Assembly: GCA_963842525.1 (NCBI GenBank)
Contig: CAWJGT010000009.1
Coordinates: forward strand, 224,001-288,000
DNA length: 64,000 bases
Direction of reading: 5' to 3'
Source: an uncultured Holophagales bacterium
GTDB lineage: Bacteria > Acidobacteriota > Thermoanaerobaculia > Multivoradales > UBA5704
Positions 31,152-40,576 of the stretch are shown here, one piece after another. The notes under the pieces were generated by a model. It did not search any database. It was not told where the DNA came from and was given only the letters and a program-made list of their open reading frames with translations. Position 1 is the stretch's first letter. Each line of letters begins with the position of its first letter. The position numbers and the translations under genes are program-made.

Positions 31152-31224
31152 TGGAGCAGAAGGGATTCGAACCCTCGACCCCCACGTTGCGAACGTGGTG
31201 CTCTCCCAGCTGAGCTACTGCCCC
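31152..31224 (-). tRNA. tRNA-Ala (anticodon CGC)
   Basis: Full cloverleaf, G3:U70 pair, GGTTCGAATCC T-arm; CCA not encoded. Confidence 0.97.
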
Positions 31225-31368
31225 ACACAGGGAGCCGGTATTGTACTCACCGCAGGACGGCGCGGCAAGGCCGTGACGGATCCCGGCTCGCGACCCTCAA
31301 CCCGGGCCGGGCGCAGAGGAATTCCCCTCCGGCATCCGGCGCTATCATGTCCAGGATTGGATCTTCCC

Positions 31369-31716
31369 GTGGCGAACACCATCCGTCCCCGCATCCGCGT
31401 CCTCCATGGTACCGAGATCGCCCTCGGGCCGGGGAAGGTCGAGCTGCTGGAAGCCATCGAGCGCGCGGGGACTCTGGCGGAGGCGGCCCGCTCTCTCGGC
31501 ATGTCGTACATGCGGGCCTGGAAGCTCCTGCAGACCATGAACGCGTGCTTCCGCCAGCCGCTGGTCGACACGTCCCGCGGCGGTACCGGCCACGGGAAGG
31601 CCACCCTGACCGAGACCGGCCGCACGGCAGTCGCCCTCTACCGCCGCATGGAGGAGGACAGCCTCAAGGCTGTCGAGCCTGCCTGGCGGGCGCTCCTGGA
31701 GCAGCTCGCGGATTGA
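31369..31716 (+). CDS. modE: ModE-family regulator (winged-helix domain only)
   Basis: LGPGKVELLEAI..GT..AAR.LGMSY.RAW..GG.G.G.A.LT. Confidence 0.88.
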   Translation: MANTIRPRIRVLHGTEIALGPGKVELLEAIERAGTLAEAARSLGMSYMRAWKLLQTMNACFRQPLVDTSRGGTGHGKATLTETGRTAVALYRRMEEDSLKAVEPAWRALLEQLAD

Positions 31717-31732
31717 GCGCGCTCCCTCCTCC

Positions 31733-31756
31733 CGATATAGTTGACCGTAGATAACG
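31733..31756 (+). promoter_or_regulatory. ModE-binding box upstream of porin-modABC
   Basis: CGATATAGT-N6-TAGATAACG versus consensus CGTTATATA-N6-TATATAACG. Confidence 0.75.
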
Positions 31757-31798
31757 CGGCTGCTACGCTCTCCCGGACTTCGAGGACAGGAGGGTTCT

Positions 31799-32920
31799 GT
31801 GGCGAACGCAAGAGCCCGTCGGGCAGCTGCTCTGTTCCTTGGACTCTGGGGAACGGCCACGGTCCTGCCGGCGCAGACGCTGGTCGTCGTCAAGCCTGCC
31901 GGCAAGGAGCCGATCCTGGCGGTCGGCGGATTGCTTCAGGTCCAGGCCGATGCCGGCGACCGCGGGGACAGCCGCTTCACCAACGACAACGACCGTTTCT
32001 ATCTCCGGCGGGCGCGGCTGAATGCAACCGGCAAGTTCCTCGAGGAATTCGACTTCCGGCTGGAGCTCGACCTCGCCGGGAGCCTGTCCAACACCAGCGG
32101 CCTGCGCGCCCAGCTCACCGACGGCTACATCACCTGGAACCGCCATCCGGCGGCCAGCGTCCGCGTGGGCCAGTTCAAGACCCCTTTTGGCTTCGAACAG
32201 CTCTATAGCGATCCGCGCCTGTTGACGCTCGAACGCACCCTGGTCAACGACCGCCTGACGCTCAGCCGGCAGATCGGCGCCCAGATCGCAGGAGACCTGC
32301 TGGAGAAGCGTTTCACCTACGCCGCGGGGCTGTTCAACGGCAACAGCGTCAACAACAACTTCAACGACAACGACAAGTTCGCCTCGTTCGCGCGGCTGGC
32401 GGTCGTCCCCTGGCAGGGGAAGCTCTTCGGTCAGTCCACCAACTGGTCTGTCGGAGCGAACGGGTACTCCACCAGCGACACGGCCCTCGCCCTCTCGGCG
32501 GATCTGGGCCTGGATTCGACTCCTGCCACGCCGGACCGGGACGGCGTCTTCTCGGGCGATCGCCGCGGCCTGGGCTTCGACACGCAGCTCGTGGCGGGCC
32601 GTTTCGAGCTCTGGACCGAGTACCTGAATGTGCGCTTCGAGCCGATCAACCGCATCCCGAAGGCGAGCTTCGAGGCGGACGGCTGGTATGTCCAGGGCTC
32701 GTACTTCCTGATCCCCCTGAAGCTGCAGCTCGTCGCCAAGCAGGAGACCTTCGACCCGCGGGACGACCTCGACCAGGACGAGACCGACACCAGCACCCTG
32801 GGGCTCAACTACTACGTCAAAGGGCACGACCTGAAGCTGATGATCGATTATCAACGCGTCGACGTCGGCCCGCTCGAGAGCCAGGACAAGGTCCTTGCGC
32901 GGCTGCAGGTGATCTTCTGA
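31799..32920 (+). CDS. Anion-selective porin (OprO/OprP-like) heading the molybdate operon
   Basis: RRARL, GQFKTPFG.E, GLNYY, C-terminal F; TGATG coupling to modA. Confidence 0.8.
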   Translation: MANARARRAAALFLGLWGTATVLPAQTLVVVKPAGKEPILAVGGLLQVQADAGDRGDSRFTNDNDRFYLRRARLNATGKFLEEFDFRLELDLAGSLSNTSGLRAQLTDGYITWNRHPAASVRVGQFKTPFGFEQLYSDPRLLTLERTLVNDRLTLSRQIGAQIAGDLLEKRFTYAAGLFNGNSVNNNFNDNDKFASFARLAVVPWQGKLFGQSTNWSVGANGYSTSDTALALSADLGLDSTPATPDRDGVFSGDRRGLGFDTQLVAGRFELWTEYLNVRFEPINRIPKASFEADGWYVQGSYFLIPLKLQLVAKQETFDPRDDLDQDETDTSTLGLNYYVKGHDLKLMIDYQRVDVGPLESQDKVLARLQVIF

Positions 32921-33687
32921 TGAAAGCCAGATTCTTCCTTGCTTTGGGGATCGCGAGCCTGTTTCTCGCGAGCGCGGGTCGCGCGCAGGCCGCCGACCTG
33001 AACGTCTTCGCCGCGGCCAGCCTCACGGACGCGCTCCAGGAGATCGCAGCCGCCTACGAGAAGGCGAGCGGCGACCGGATCGCCCTCAACCTCGGCGCAT
33101 CGAGCACGCTCGCCCGCCAGATCCAGGAGGGGGCGCCGGCCGACCTCTTCCTCTCGGCGGACGAGGAGAAGATGGACGGCCTGGAAAAGCGCGGCCTGTT
33201 GCTTCCGGGGACGCGGAAGAGCGTCCTCTCGAACACCCTGGTCATCGTCGTCCCCGCGGAAGGCGGGCTGCCGATCGCCAAGCCTCAGGACCTCGCCGGC
33301 ACCCGCGTCCGCGCCATCGCTCTCGCCGAGCCGCAGTCAGTGCCGGCCGGCATCTATGCCAAGGAATACCTCCGCAAGCTGAAGCTCTGGAGCAAGGTCA
33401 TCGACCGGGTGATCCCTACGGAGAACGTGCGTGCGGCGCTCGCCGCCGTGGAGTCGGGCAACGTGGACGCCGCGATCGTCTACAAGACCGACGCCGGGAT
33501 CTCGAAGAAGGTCCGCGTCGCCTACGAGGTGGCCCTGGCCGAGGGGCCGAAGATCTCCTATCCGTTTGCGGTCCTGAAGGAGTCGGAGAATCCGGAGGCG
33601 GCGCGCCGGTTCCTCGCCTATCTGGGATCGAAGCCGGCCTTGGACGTTTTCCGTAAATTCGGCTTCCTGATCCTGGATGGCGGATAG
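32920..33687 (+). CDS. modA: Molybdate ABC transporter substrate-binding protein
   Basis: FAAASL, GASSTLARQI..GAPADLFLSA, VPAG.YA, ENVR. Confidence 0.95.
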   Translation: MKARFFLALGIASLFLASAGRAQAADLNVFAAASLTDALQEIAAAYEKASGDRIALNLGASSTLARQIQEGAPADLFLSADEEKMDGLEKRGLLLPGTRKSVLSNTLVIVVPAEGGLPIAKPQDLAGTRVRAIALAEPQSVPAGIYAKEYLRKLKLWSKVIDRVIPTENVRAALAAVESGNVDAAIVYKTDAGISKKVRVAYEVALAEGPKISYPFAVLKESENPEAARRFLAYLGSKPALDVFRKFGFLILDGG

Positions 33688-33699
33688 GCTACGGACCGC

Positions 33700-34371
33700 A
33701 TGAGCGGCGCGGAGTGGCAGATCGTCGGCTTCACGGTCGGCGTGGCGGCATTGGCGACGCTGCTCATCCTGCCGCCGGGGCTTGCCGTGGCCTGGCTGCT
33801 GGCGCGCCGCCGCTGGCGGGGTAAATCCCTGGTCGAGACTCTGGTCGCCCTGCCTCTGGTGATGCCTCCGGTGGCCACGGGCCTGATCCTGCTCAAGCTC
33901 CTGGGGCGCCGCGGACCGATCGGCGCCTTCCTCCATCGCCTGGACCTCGACGTGGTCTTCACCTGGCGAGGGGTGGTGGCGGCCATGGCGGTCATGTCCT
34001 TCCCGCTCCTCGTGCGCGGCGCGCGCGTGGCCTTCGAGGAGGTCAACCCGCGGCTCGAACAGATCGCCCGCACGCTTGGCGCGAGCGACGGCCGGGTCTT
34101 CTTCACGATCACTCTGCCGCTCGCCTTGCGCGGCATCCTGGGAGGCACCCTCCTCGCCTTCGCCCGGGCGCTGGGCGAGTTCGGCGCCACCATCCTGGTG
34201 GCCGGCAACATACCGGGGAAGACCTCGACATTGTCGCTCGCGATTTACAATTTCGTGCAGCTCGGCAAGGACGCGGACGCGTTCCGCCTGCTGGCGGTCT
34301 CGGTCGCCGTGGCGTTCGCGGCCGTCTGGGCGAGCGAGTGGTTCCTCCGGCGCGGGGCGGCGCGGCGATGA
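33700..34371 (+). CDS. modB: Molybdate ABC transporter permease
   Basis: LPLVMPPVATG, FARALGEFGAT..AGNIPGKT. Confidence 0.95.
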   Translation: MSGAEWQIVGFTVGVAALATLLILPPGLAVAWLLARRRWRGKSLVETLVALPLVMPPVATGLILLKLLGRRGPIGAFLHRLDLDVVFTWRGVVAAMAVMSFPLLVRGARVAFEEVNPRLEQIARTLGASDGRVFFTITLPLALRGILGGTLLAFARALGEFGATILVAGNIPGKTSTLSLAIYNFVQLGKDADAFRLLAVSVAVAFAAVWASEWFLRRGAARR

Positions 34372-35072
34372 GGCTCACTCTCCGAGAGATCCGGCTGCCG
34401 CTGGCGCCGTTCACCCTGGAGGTGGAGGCGACCCTCACGGCCGACGTCACGGCGCTCTTCGGGCCCTCCGGCTCGGGCAAGACCTCCCTGCTCGACCTGA
34501 TCGCGGGGCTGCGCCGCGCCGACTCGGCCTTCATCCAGCTCGGCGACCGCGTGCTGACCGACACCCGGCAGCGGATCGAGGTCCCCACACGGGAGCGGCG
34601 GATCGGCTATGTGCCGCAGGACGACGCTCTGTTCCCGCACCTGTCCGTGCGCGAGAACCTCCTCTACGGATTCCGGCCGGGCGATATCGAGCTCGAGCAC
34701 GTCGTAGATGTGCTGGAGATCGGCGCGCTCCTGAACCGCGGGATCAGCAATCTTTCCGGGGGCGAGAAGCAGCGGGTCGCCCTGGCCCGGGCGCTGCTTT
34801 CCGCACCGCAGCTCCTGCTCCTCGATGAGCCGTTGTCGGCGCTCGACCAGAAGCTCAAGGCGCGGATCCTCCCCTATCTACAGAAAGTCCGCGGCGTATT
34901 CGGCGTGCCCATGCTCTACGTCACCCACCACGCCGGCGAGGCCGTGGCCCTGTGCGACGAGGTCGTCGTCCTGGAGCGAGGGCGGGTCGTGGACCAGGGA
35001 CCGGCTGCGCAGCTCTTCCTCAACACCGGCCGGCCTTCGTACGAGCTGCGGACGCCTCCGGAGAGTGGGTAG
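34368..35072 (+). CDS. modC: Molybdate ABC transporter ATPase (no TOBE tail)
   Basis: GPSGSGKT, LSGGEKQRVA, LLLDEP. Confidence 0.92.
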   Translation: MRLTLREIRLPLAPFTLEVEATLTADVTALFGPSGSGKTSLLDLIAGLRRADSAFIQLGDRVLTDTRQRIEVPTRERRIGYVPQDDALFPHLSVRENLLYGFRPGDIELEHVVDVLEIGALLNRGISNLSGGEKQRVALARALLSAPQLLLLDEPLSALDQKLKARILPYLQKVRGVFGVPMLYVTHHAGEAVALCDEVVVLERGRVVDQGPAAQLFLNTGRPSYELRTPPESG

Positions 35073-35276
35073 TCTCCGGCTCTTGATACGGATGGAATCG
35101 AGATAGGATGCCGTCCGGCCCCCTTGTCGGCGCGCTTGCGCTATCCTCTTTGGGGAATGTCAGCAGTAAAGTTCCAGGGTTGAAATCTTGTTGAAGCCCG
35201 AGGTTATGCGCTCACGCCCACTTGGGCCTTCTTTGCCTGAATACTCGCTTCTCGCGTCGATCGTTTACGTAGGCCT

Positions 35277-35660
35277 TCAGCGGATCACGCGGATTTCGAT
35301 GTCCGCGTCGAGGGATTTCCAGGTCTTGTCTGTCGTAAGCACCGGAAGGCCGAGGGATTGACCGAGGGCAATACAGGCCCGATCGCCAAACGAAAGCCCC
35401 AGATGCCGCGTGGGGACTCGCAGCATTCCTGTGTCAAAGGCGGCGACCGTGTCGAAGGATAGGATTTCTAGCTTGACATTCCCGAGGGCTCGCCGGATGA
35501 GCTCGGCGGGCATACCTCTCTCGGCCAGTTTTGCGACCACCTCAGACAGATTGACGGCGCTCATTACGGCACCCGGGATCGCCTCTTCGACCATTTCTCC
35601 TCCGGGCTCTTCGTTGAGGAGCGCCAGCAAGGCTGATGCGTCGAGCACGGCTCTATTCAC
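35277..35660 (-). CDS. vapC: VapC PIN toxin
   Basis: VLDASALLA..EPG..VNLSEV..LSFGDRAC..TTD. Confidence 0.9.
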   Translation of the reverse strand: MNRAVLDASALLALLNEEPGGEMVEEAIPGAVMSAVNLSEVVAKLAERGMPAELIRRALGNVKLEILSFDTVAAFDTGMLRVPTRHLGLSFGDRACIALGQSLGLPVLTTDKTWKSLDADIEIRVIR

Positions 35661-35901
35661 GCCGAGCCTCCCTCCGACGCTCCTTGATGAGCTCGTCGGA
35701 GATCCTGACCCCTTCGGGGATGTAGGACCGGACGAGCTCCTGGGCTCGCCGGATGCCTTCCCGGACGGTTGAGATCCGTAAGCTGCCCTCTTCGAGCTCC
35801 AGGACCAACTCGTCCCCGGTGTCTACGCCAAGAGCCTTCCGATACTCCGCGGGAATAACCAACCTGCCACCTTCGCCTAATTTTGTCATTGTGCGGTCCA
35901 T
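35653..35901 (-). CDS. AbrB/MazE-family antitoxin
   Basis: GGRLVIPAEYRKALG..GD. Confidence 0.88.
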   Translation of the reverse strand: MDRTMTKLGEGGRLVIPAEYRKALGVDTGDELVLELEEGSLRISTVREGIRRAQELVRSYIPEGVRISDELIKERRREARRE

Positions 35902-35948
35902 ATGCCACCTCGGCGGCAGTCTACCATTGCTGGGCAGCTCAGGCCCTC

Positions 35949-37229
35949 TTATTTCCCCTCTGGGGATGAAGGGCCCTCTACCGGCCTCTCCGTGAGCAGC
36001 TCCGCCACCGTGACCTCGCCGAGTCGTTCCGCCCGGCAGGCGGCAAGCTCGCCGATCAGGGACTCCAGGCGCTCGGTCAGCTCTCCTCCGACCAGCTCGA
36101 CGCCGCGGCGGGCGCGGTGGTCGTAGGCCAGGAGGATATTTTCGACGGACAGGCTGTGTGGGTCGGCCCCCAGGAGATAGCCCTGGCCTCCGACCGCGCG
36201 CAGCAGGCCGTGGCTGAGGAGAGGGTGGAGGATGCGCTCGAGGTCCCTGAGAGGGAGGGTCAGGCGGTCGGCCAGCAGGTCGCGCGACATCACCGGCTCG
36301 CCGCGGGCGAAGCGGCGGGCGATCAGGACCAGCGCGGCCAGGCCGACCCAGGCCGCCTGCACCGGCGGGTTGCGGTGCATTCCGCGGGAGAGGACTCGGT
36401 AGTGTTGCGCGGTGTAGGACGCCACCGCTCCCAGGAGGACGATCATCCAGGTCACATCGATCGAGATCATGAAGAGCAGGGCGAAGGCGAAGCTTCCATA
36501 GACGATGTTGACTCCCTGGAAGACCTCGACGTAGCGGCCGAAGCCCTGCCGCAGCAGCTCCAGGAGGATCGCCGCCAGCAGGCCGCCGGCCAGGGCGTTG
36601 CGGAGCTGGACCGTGGTGTAGGGCACGAGCCAATAGAGGATCGTCAGTCCCACCAGAGTGGCGAGAAATGGAAGGATGCCGAGGAAGATCGACTCCCGGA
36701 AGAGGACCCGCAGCCCGGGGCTCTGGCGCAGCAGGATCAGGCTGGTGAAGGTGGCGCCGACGACCAGGGGGCCCCAGAAGAGGAGGAGCAGGAAGGAGAA
36801 GAACCGCACCGGGATCGGCCGGCGGCGCGACACGTTCCAGATCCGGTTGAAGGCCTCCTCGACCGTGGCGAAGAGGAACAGGGACGAGGCGAAGAAGGCG
36901 AGGACGCCGATGCCGTGGAGGGTCTCGGCCTGGTCCAGGAACTCGGAGATCTTGTCGACCACCGTCTTGTCCGAATAGGGGAGGATCTGGACGAAGACTT
37001 CCAGGCTCCGCTGCGGGTACTGGCTGAAGACCCGAGCGCCGATGAAGGAAAATGCGGTGAGCAGCGGGATGAGCGACAGGATGGTGACGAACGCCAGGGC
37101 CGACGCGGTCAGCAACACCGAGTCTTCGTTGGCCTGCCGCAGGGTGACCAGGAAGTAACGGCCGATCTTCGCGGGCAGGCTCGCCGCCAGGCGCGACCGG
37201 AGGCCGGCGGCCGCGGCGGGCAGGCTCAC
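35949..37229 (-). CDS. YihY/BrkB-family membrane protein with C-terminal winged helix
   Basis: ASALAFVTILSLIP, EEAFNRIW, YGSFA; Rrf2-like tail. Confidence 0.85.
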   Translation of the reverse strand: MSLPAAAAGLRSRLAASLPAKIGRYFLVTLRQANEDSVLLTASALAFVTILSLIPLLTAFSFIGARVFSQYPQRSLEVFVQILPYSDKTVVDKISEFLDQAETLHGIGVLAFFASSLFLFATVEEAFNRIWNVSRRRPIPVRFFSFLLLLFWGPLVVGATFTSLILLRQSPGLRVLFRESIFLGILPFLATLVGLTILYWLVPYTTVQLRNALAGGLLAAILLELLRQGFGRYVEVFQGVNIVYGSFAFALLFMISIDVTWMIVLLGAVASYTAQHYRVLSRGMHRNPPVQAAWVGLAALVLIARRFARGEPVMSRDLLADRLTLPLRDLERILHPLLSHGLLRAVGGQGYLLGADPHSLSVENILLAYDHRARRGVELVGGELTERLESLIGELAACRAERLGEVTVAELLTERPVEGPSSPEGK

Positions 37230-38620
37230 CACGGCACGGTCTCTCCTGTGAGCGGGAGCTGCGGCCGCGGCCAGCCCAGGCCGGCGATCGCGACGGCGAG
37301 GGCCTTGCGCGGCGGGTCTTCCCCGTGGTTCAGGAAGATCCGCTGCGGCACGCCCGGCAGCGCCTGACACCAGCGCAGCAACTCGTCGCGGTCGGCGTGG
37401 GCCGACATGCTGTGGAGCTGGTGGATGTGGGCGCGGACGGGGACCTCCCGGCCGTGGATGGCGACCGTCTCCGCCCCTTCGGTCAGCGCCCGGCCGCGGG
37501 TCCCCGCCGCCTGGTAGCCGACGAGCACGACCGACGACCGTGCGTCTCCGAGGCGGTGCATCAGGTGGTGCACCACCCGGCCGCCGGTCGCCATGCCGCT
37601 CGAAGCCACGATGACGGCCGGCCGGCCCCGGGTGTTCAGGCTCTTGGACTGGTCCACGGTCCGGCAGCGCTGGAACCGAGTGGGCGCCAGCGGGTCGGCC
37701 GGCGTGCCGCCGAGCGCCGCCAGGTCTTCGTCGTGCTCGGCCTCGGTACGGTCGTAGATGTCGGTCGCATCGATCGCCATCGGGCTGTCCAGGAACACGT
37801 CCTGGGGATCGAGCCGGCCCTTCCCGGCGAGGTCCGAGAGGTGGTAGAGGATCTCCTGCGTGCGGCCCAGGGCGAAGGCCGGGATGATTACCATGCCGCC
37901 GCGGTCGAAGGTCTCGTCGATGATCTTGCCCAGCGCCTCGGCCGGATCCTCCTGCACGTGGTTGCGGTCGCCGTAGGTCGATTCGAGGAGCAGGGCGGCC
38001 GGCGCGTCGAGCGGCGGCTCCGGGTCCTTGAGGATGGGGACGCCGTAGCGCCCCACGTCTCCCGAGAAGCACCAGCTCCGGCGCTCGCCGTCGGTCCCCT
38101 TGGCGGAGACCTCCAGGCTCGCCGCTCCCAGGAGGTGGCCGGCGCGGCGGAAGCGGAAGCGTACGCCCGGGAACAGCTCATGGTCCTGGTCGAACGGCAC
38201 CGGCTCGAGGAGCTTGAGGACGCGCCGCACGTCCTCGGTCGTGTAGAGGGGGCGGGGGTGGGGGTGGCGGCTCCAGCCCTTGCGCAGGGCGGAGCGGTGC
38301 TCTTCCTCCTGCAGCTTGCCGGCGTCCTGGAGGACGAGCGAGACCAGTCCCCGGCTGGCCTTGGTGCACCAGATGGGGCCGGAGAACCCTTCGGCGGCCA
38401 GGCGGGGGAGAAGGCCGGAGTGGTCGAGGTGCGCGTGGGTGAGGAGGACGGCTTTCAGGCCGGCCGGCGGGAACGGGAAGGGGTTCCAGTTGCGCTGCTC
38501 CAGCTCTTCGGTCCCCTGATAGAGTCCACAGTCGACGAGCGCGGTGTTGTCGCCCCAGGCGAGGTGCGTTGCGCTGCCGGTCACGTACCCGCAGGCGCCG
38601 AGGAAAGTGACGTTCGCCAT
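37226..38620 (-). CDS. MBL-fold beta-CASP ribonuclease
   Basis: THAHLDHSG, AGHLLG, ESTYG, SAHAD, NHGE. Confidence 0.93.
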   Translation of the reverse strand: MANVTFLGACGYVTGSATHLAWGDNTALVDCGLYQGTEELEQRNWNPFPFPPAGLKAVLLTHAHLDHSGLLPRLAAEGFSGPIWCTKASRGLVSLVLQDAGKLQEEEHRSALRKGWSRHPHPRPLYTTEDVRRVLKLLEPVPFDQDHELFPGVRFRFRRAGHLLGAASLEVSAKGTDGERRSWCFSGDVGRYGVPILKDPEPPLDAPAALLLESTYGDRNHVQEDPAEALGKIIDETFDRGGMVIIPAFALGRTQEILYHLSDLAGKGRLDPQDVFLDSPMAIDATDIYDRTEAEHDEDLAALGGTPADPLAPTRFQRCRTVDQSKSLNTRGRPAVIVASSGMATGGRVVHHLMHRLGDARSSVVLVGYQAAGTRGRALTEGAETVAIHGREVPVRAHIHQLHSMSAHADRDELLRWCQALPGVPQRIFLNHGEDPPRKALAVAIAGLGWPRPQLPLTGETVPW

Positions 38621-38736
38621 GTTTGAGAGCCCTCCTCTTCGGGGTTCAAGGTTATCCTCTGGGGCATGATTCCTGCTACACCAGGGTGGGAGCCCAACTG
38701 AGGGCTCCTGACCCGTTCACAGATACGGAGGCAGCA

Positions 38737-39213
38737 ATGGCCGAAAACGATCATCCGGGAACGACCGGGAGTGCCGAAACGGCGCGCGACGGCGGCGCCG
38801 ACGGCGAAGATAGTGGTGTGGTGACGGCGCGCGAGCGGTTCCAGCGGCTGAGCCAGGATGTCCAGGGCCGCTACGAGAAGGTCTCGGACGACGTGCGGCG
38901 GGGCGCCGAGCGCGCCTCCAGCGAGATCCGGCGCGGTGCCGAGGCAGCCCGCGAAGGCTACGACCGAGTCCGCGAAGGGGCTCGCGAAGGCTACGACAAG
39001 GTCCGCGAAGGGGCTCGCGAAGGTTACGACAAGGTCCGCGAAGGGGCTCGTGAAGGCTATGACAAGGTGCGGGAGCACGCCGGTGACTGGTCCCGCGACC
39101 TCAGCTACTACGTGCGGGACAACCCCGGCAAGGCGGTGCTGATCGCGGCCGGGGTCGGCTTCCTCTTCGGCCTGCTCGTGCGGCGGGGCCGGGACGAGGA
39201 AGACGAGGGGTAG
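38737..39213 (+). CDS. DUF883/ElaB-like tail-anchored protein with 11-aa repeats
   Basis: About four (V)REGAREGYDK repeats (33 bp); YVRDNP..AAGVGFLFG. Confidence 0.75.
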   Translation: MAENDHPGTTGSAETARDGGADGEDSGVVTARERFQRLSQDVQGRYEKVSDDVRRGAERASSEIRRGAEAAREGYDRVREGAREGYDKVREGAREGYDKVREGAREGYDKVREHAGDWSRDLSYYVRDNPGKAVLIAAGVGFLFGLLVRRGRDEEDEG

Positions 39214-39249
39214 GGCCCCACCCGAATCGAGGCGGGTTGTCCGGGGATG

Positions 39250-39289
39250 CCCCTCTCCCGATGACGGGAGAGGGGACAGGGGTGAGGGT
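39250..39289. repeat. REP-family element
   Basis: CCCTCTCCCG..CGGGAGAGGGG..GGGTGAGGG. Confidence 0.7.
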
Positions 39290-39329
39290 TTCCCGGGTGG
39301 CGCAGGGACGAATACCAGAGGAGACGACC

Positions 39330-39575
39330 ATGGAAGATTTCGTCAACGAGGAGACGCAGCACGGGGGTGGTCTCGAGGGGATGCTGGACGAGATCCTGCC
39401 GGAAGGTCTGGACTGGGAGCGGCTCGTGCGGTCGTATCCACTGCCGGCCCTGGCGCTCGCGGCGGCCGGCGGCTTCTGGCTCGGGCTCCGCCATGGACCG
39501 GCCGTCGTGGCCGCGGTCTCCAGCTACGCGACAGCCCAGGTCTCGAAGAACGTCGGCGATCTCTTCGGGCAGTAG
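39330..39575 (+). CDS. Small membrane-anchored hypothetical protein
   Basis: GAGGAG RBS; VRSYP..AAAGGFWLG. Confidence 0.65.
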   Translation: MEDFVNEETQHGGGLEGMLDEILPEGLDWERLVRSYPLPALALAAAGGFWLGLRHGPAVVAAVSSYATAQVSKNVGDLFGQ

Positions 39576-39610
39576 ATCCGGAGTAGATCCGGTTAGCCCC
39601 GATCCGGCGC

Positions 39611-40492
39611 GTGCGCACGATCTTGCACATCTCCGACGTCCACTTCGGACCCCCGCACCTGCCGCGGGTGTCCGAAGGCGTCCTGGAATTCATCGAGCTC
39701 CATCGGCCCGATATGGTCGTCCTCTCGGGCGACCTGACGCAGCGCGCCCGCCCCGAGCAGTTCCAGCAGGCGCGCGCGTTCATCGACCGGATCGAGGCGA
39801 CGGGGACCCCGACCGTGACGGTGCCGGGGAACCACGACGTGCCGCTCTACCGCGTCTGGGAGCGAGTCTTCAACCCGTACGGCTGCTACCGCCAGCATTT
39901 CAGCCCGGAGCTGGAGCCGGTCTGGCGCGACGACGAGATGCTGGTTGTCGGCGTCAACACCGCCTACGGCTGGACGCTCAAGGACGGTCGCATCAAGATC
40001 CGCCGGCTGCTCGAGCTGGCCGAGCTCTTCGAGCAGACCCCCGAGTCGGCCTTCAAGGTCGTGATCGCCCACCACCACCTGATCCCGCCGCCGAACTTCG
40101 GCAGCCAGGCGGTGGCCCTCAACGCCTACGAGGCGATCGACGTCTTCTCGCGCGCCGGCGTCGACCTGATCCTCTCCGGCCACCAGCACCAGACCTACAT
40201 CGGCAACTCCGAGGAGTTCTACCCCAAGGGCCGCCCGCCGGTCGTCATTCTGCATGCGGGCACCACCACCTCGAACCGCGGGCGGGGCGGCGAGCGGGAG
40301 GCGAACAGTTGCAACTGGATCCGGGTCGACCGGGATTCGATGATCGTCTCGCACTACCGCTGGCACCGCTCGCTCGACCGTTTCGCCGAGCACAGCCGCC
40401 ACTGGTACCCCCGCCAGGAGCGGGTCCCCTACACCCTCGAAGGGCTGAAGCTGGAAGACCCCGCGCCGGTGCCCGAGCCGCATACCCCGTGA
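39611..40492 (+). CDS. Metallophosphoesterase (CpdA-like)
   Basis: SDVHFG, SGDLT, PGNHD, HH, SGHQH. Confidence 0.9.
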   Translation: MRTILHISDVHFGPPHLPRVSEGVLEFIELHRPDMVVLSGDLTQRARPEQFQQARAFIDRIEATGTPTVTVPGNHDVPLYRVWERVFNPYGCYRQHFSPELEPVWRDDEMLVVGVNTAYGWTLKDGRIKIRRLLELAELFEQTPESAFKVVIAHHHLIPPPNFGSQAVALNAYEAIDVFSRAGVDLILSGHQHQTYIGNSEEFYPKGRPPVVILHAGTTTSNRGRGGEREANSCNWIRVDRDSMIVSHYRWHRSLDRFAEHSRHWYPRQERVPYTLEGLKLEDPAPVPEPHTP

Positions 40493-40576
40493 GGAGGGAG
40501 CATCCCGCCCTTGCCGCCTCAGGCAAGCGCATCTATACTTCCTGCTTTGCAATCTAACCTAACCTATAATCAACTC

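Noticed and set aside
29597-31224. Prophage or ICE integrated at tRNA-Ala
   Set aside because: Only an XRE gene and a TA pair follow the tRNA 3' end; I saw no integrase and no duplicated tRNA end
38950-39070. 33-bp tandem repeat as a non-coding array
   Set aside because: It is in frame and encodes the 11-aa amphipathic repeats of the DUF883-like protein
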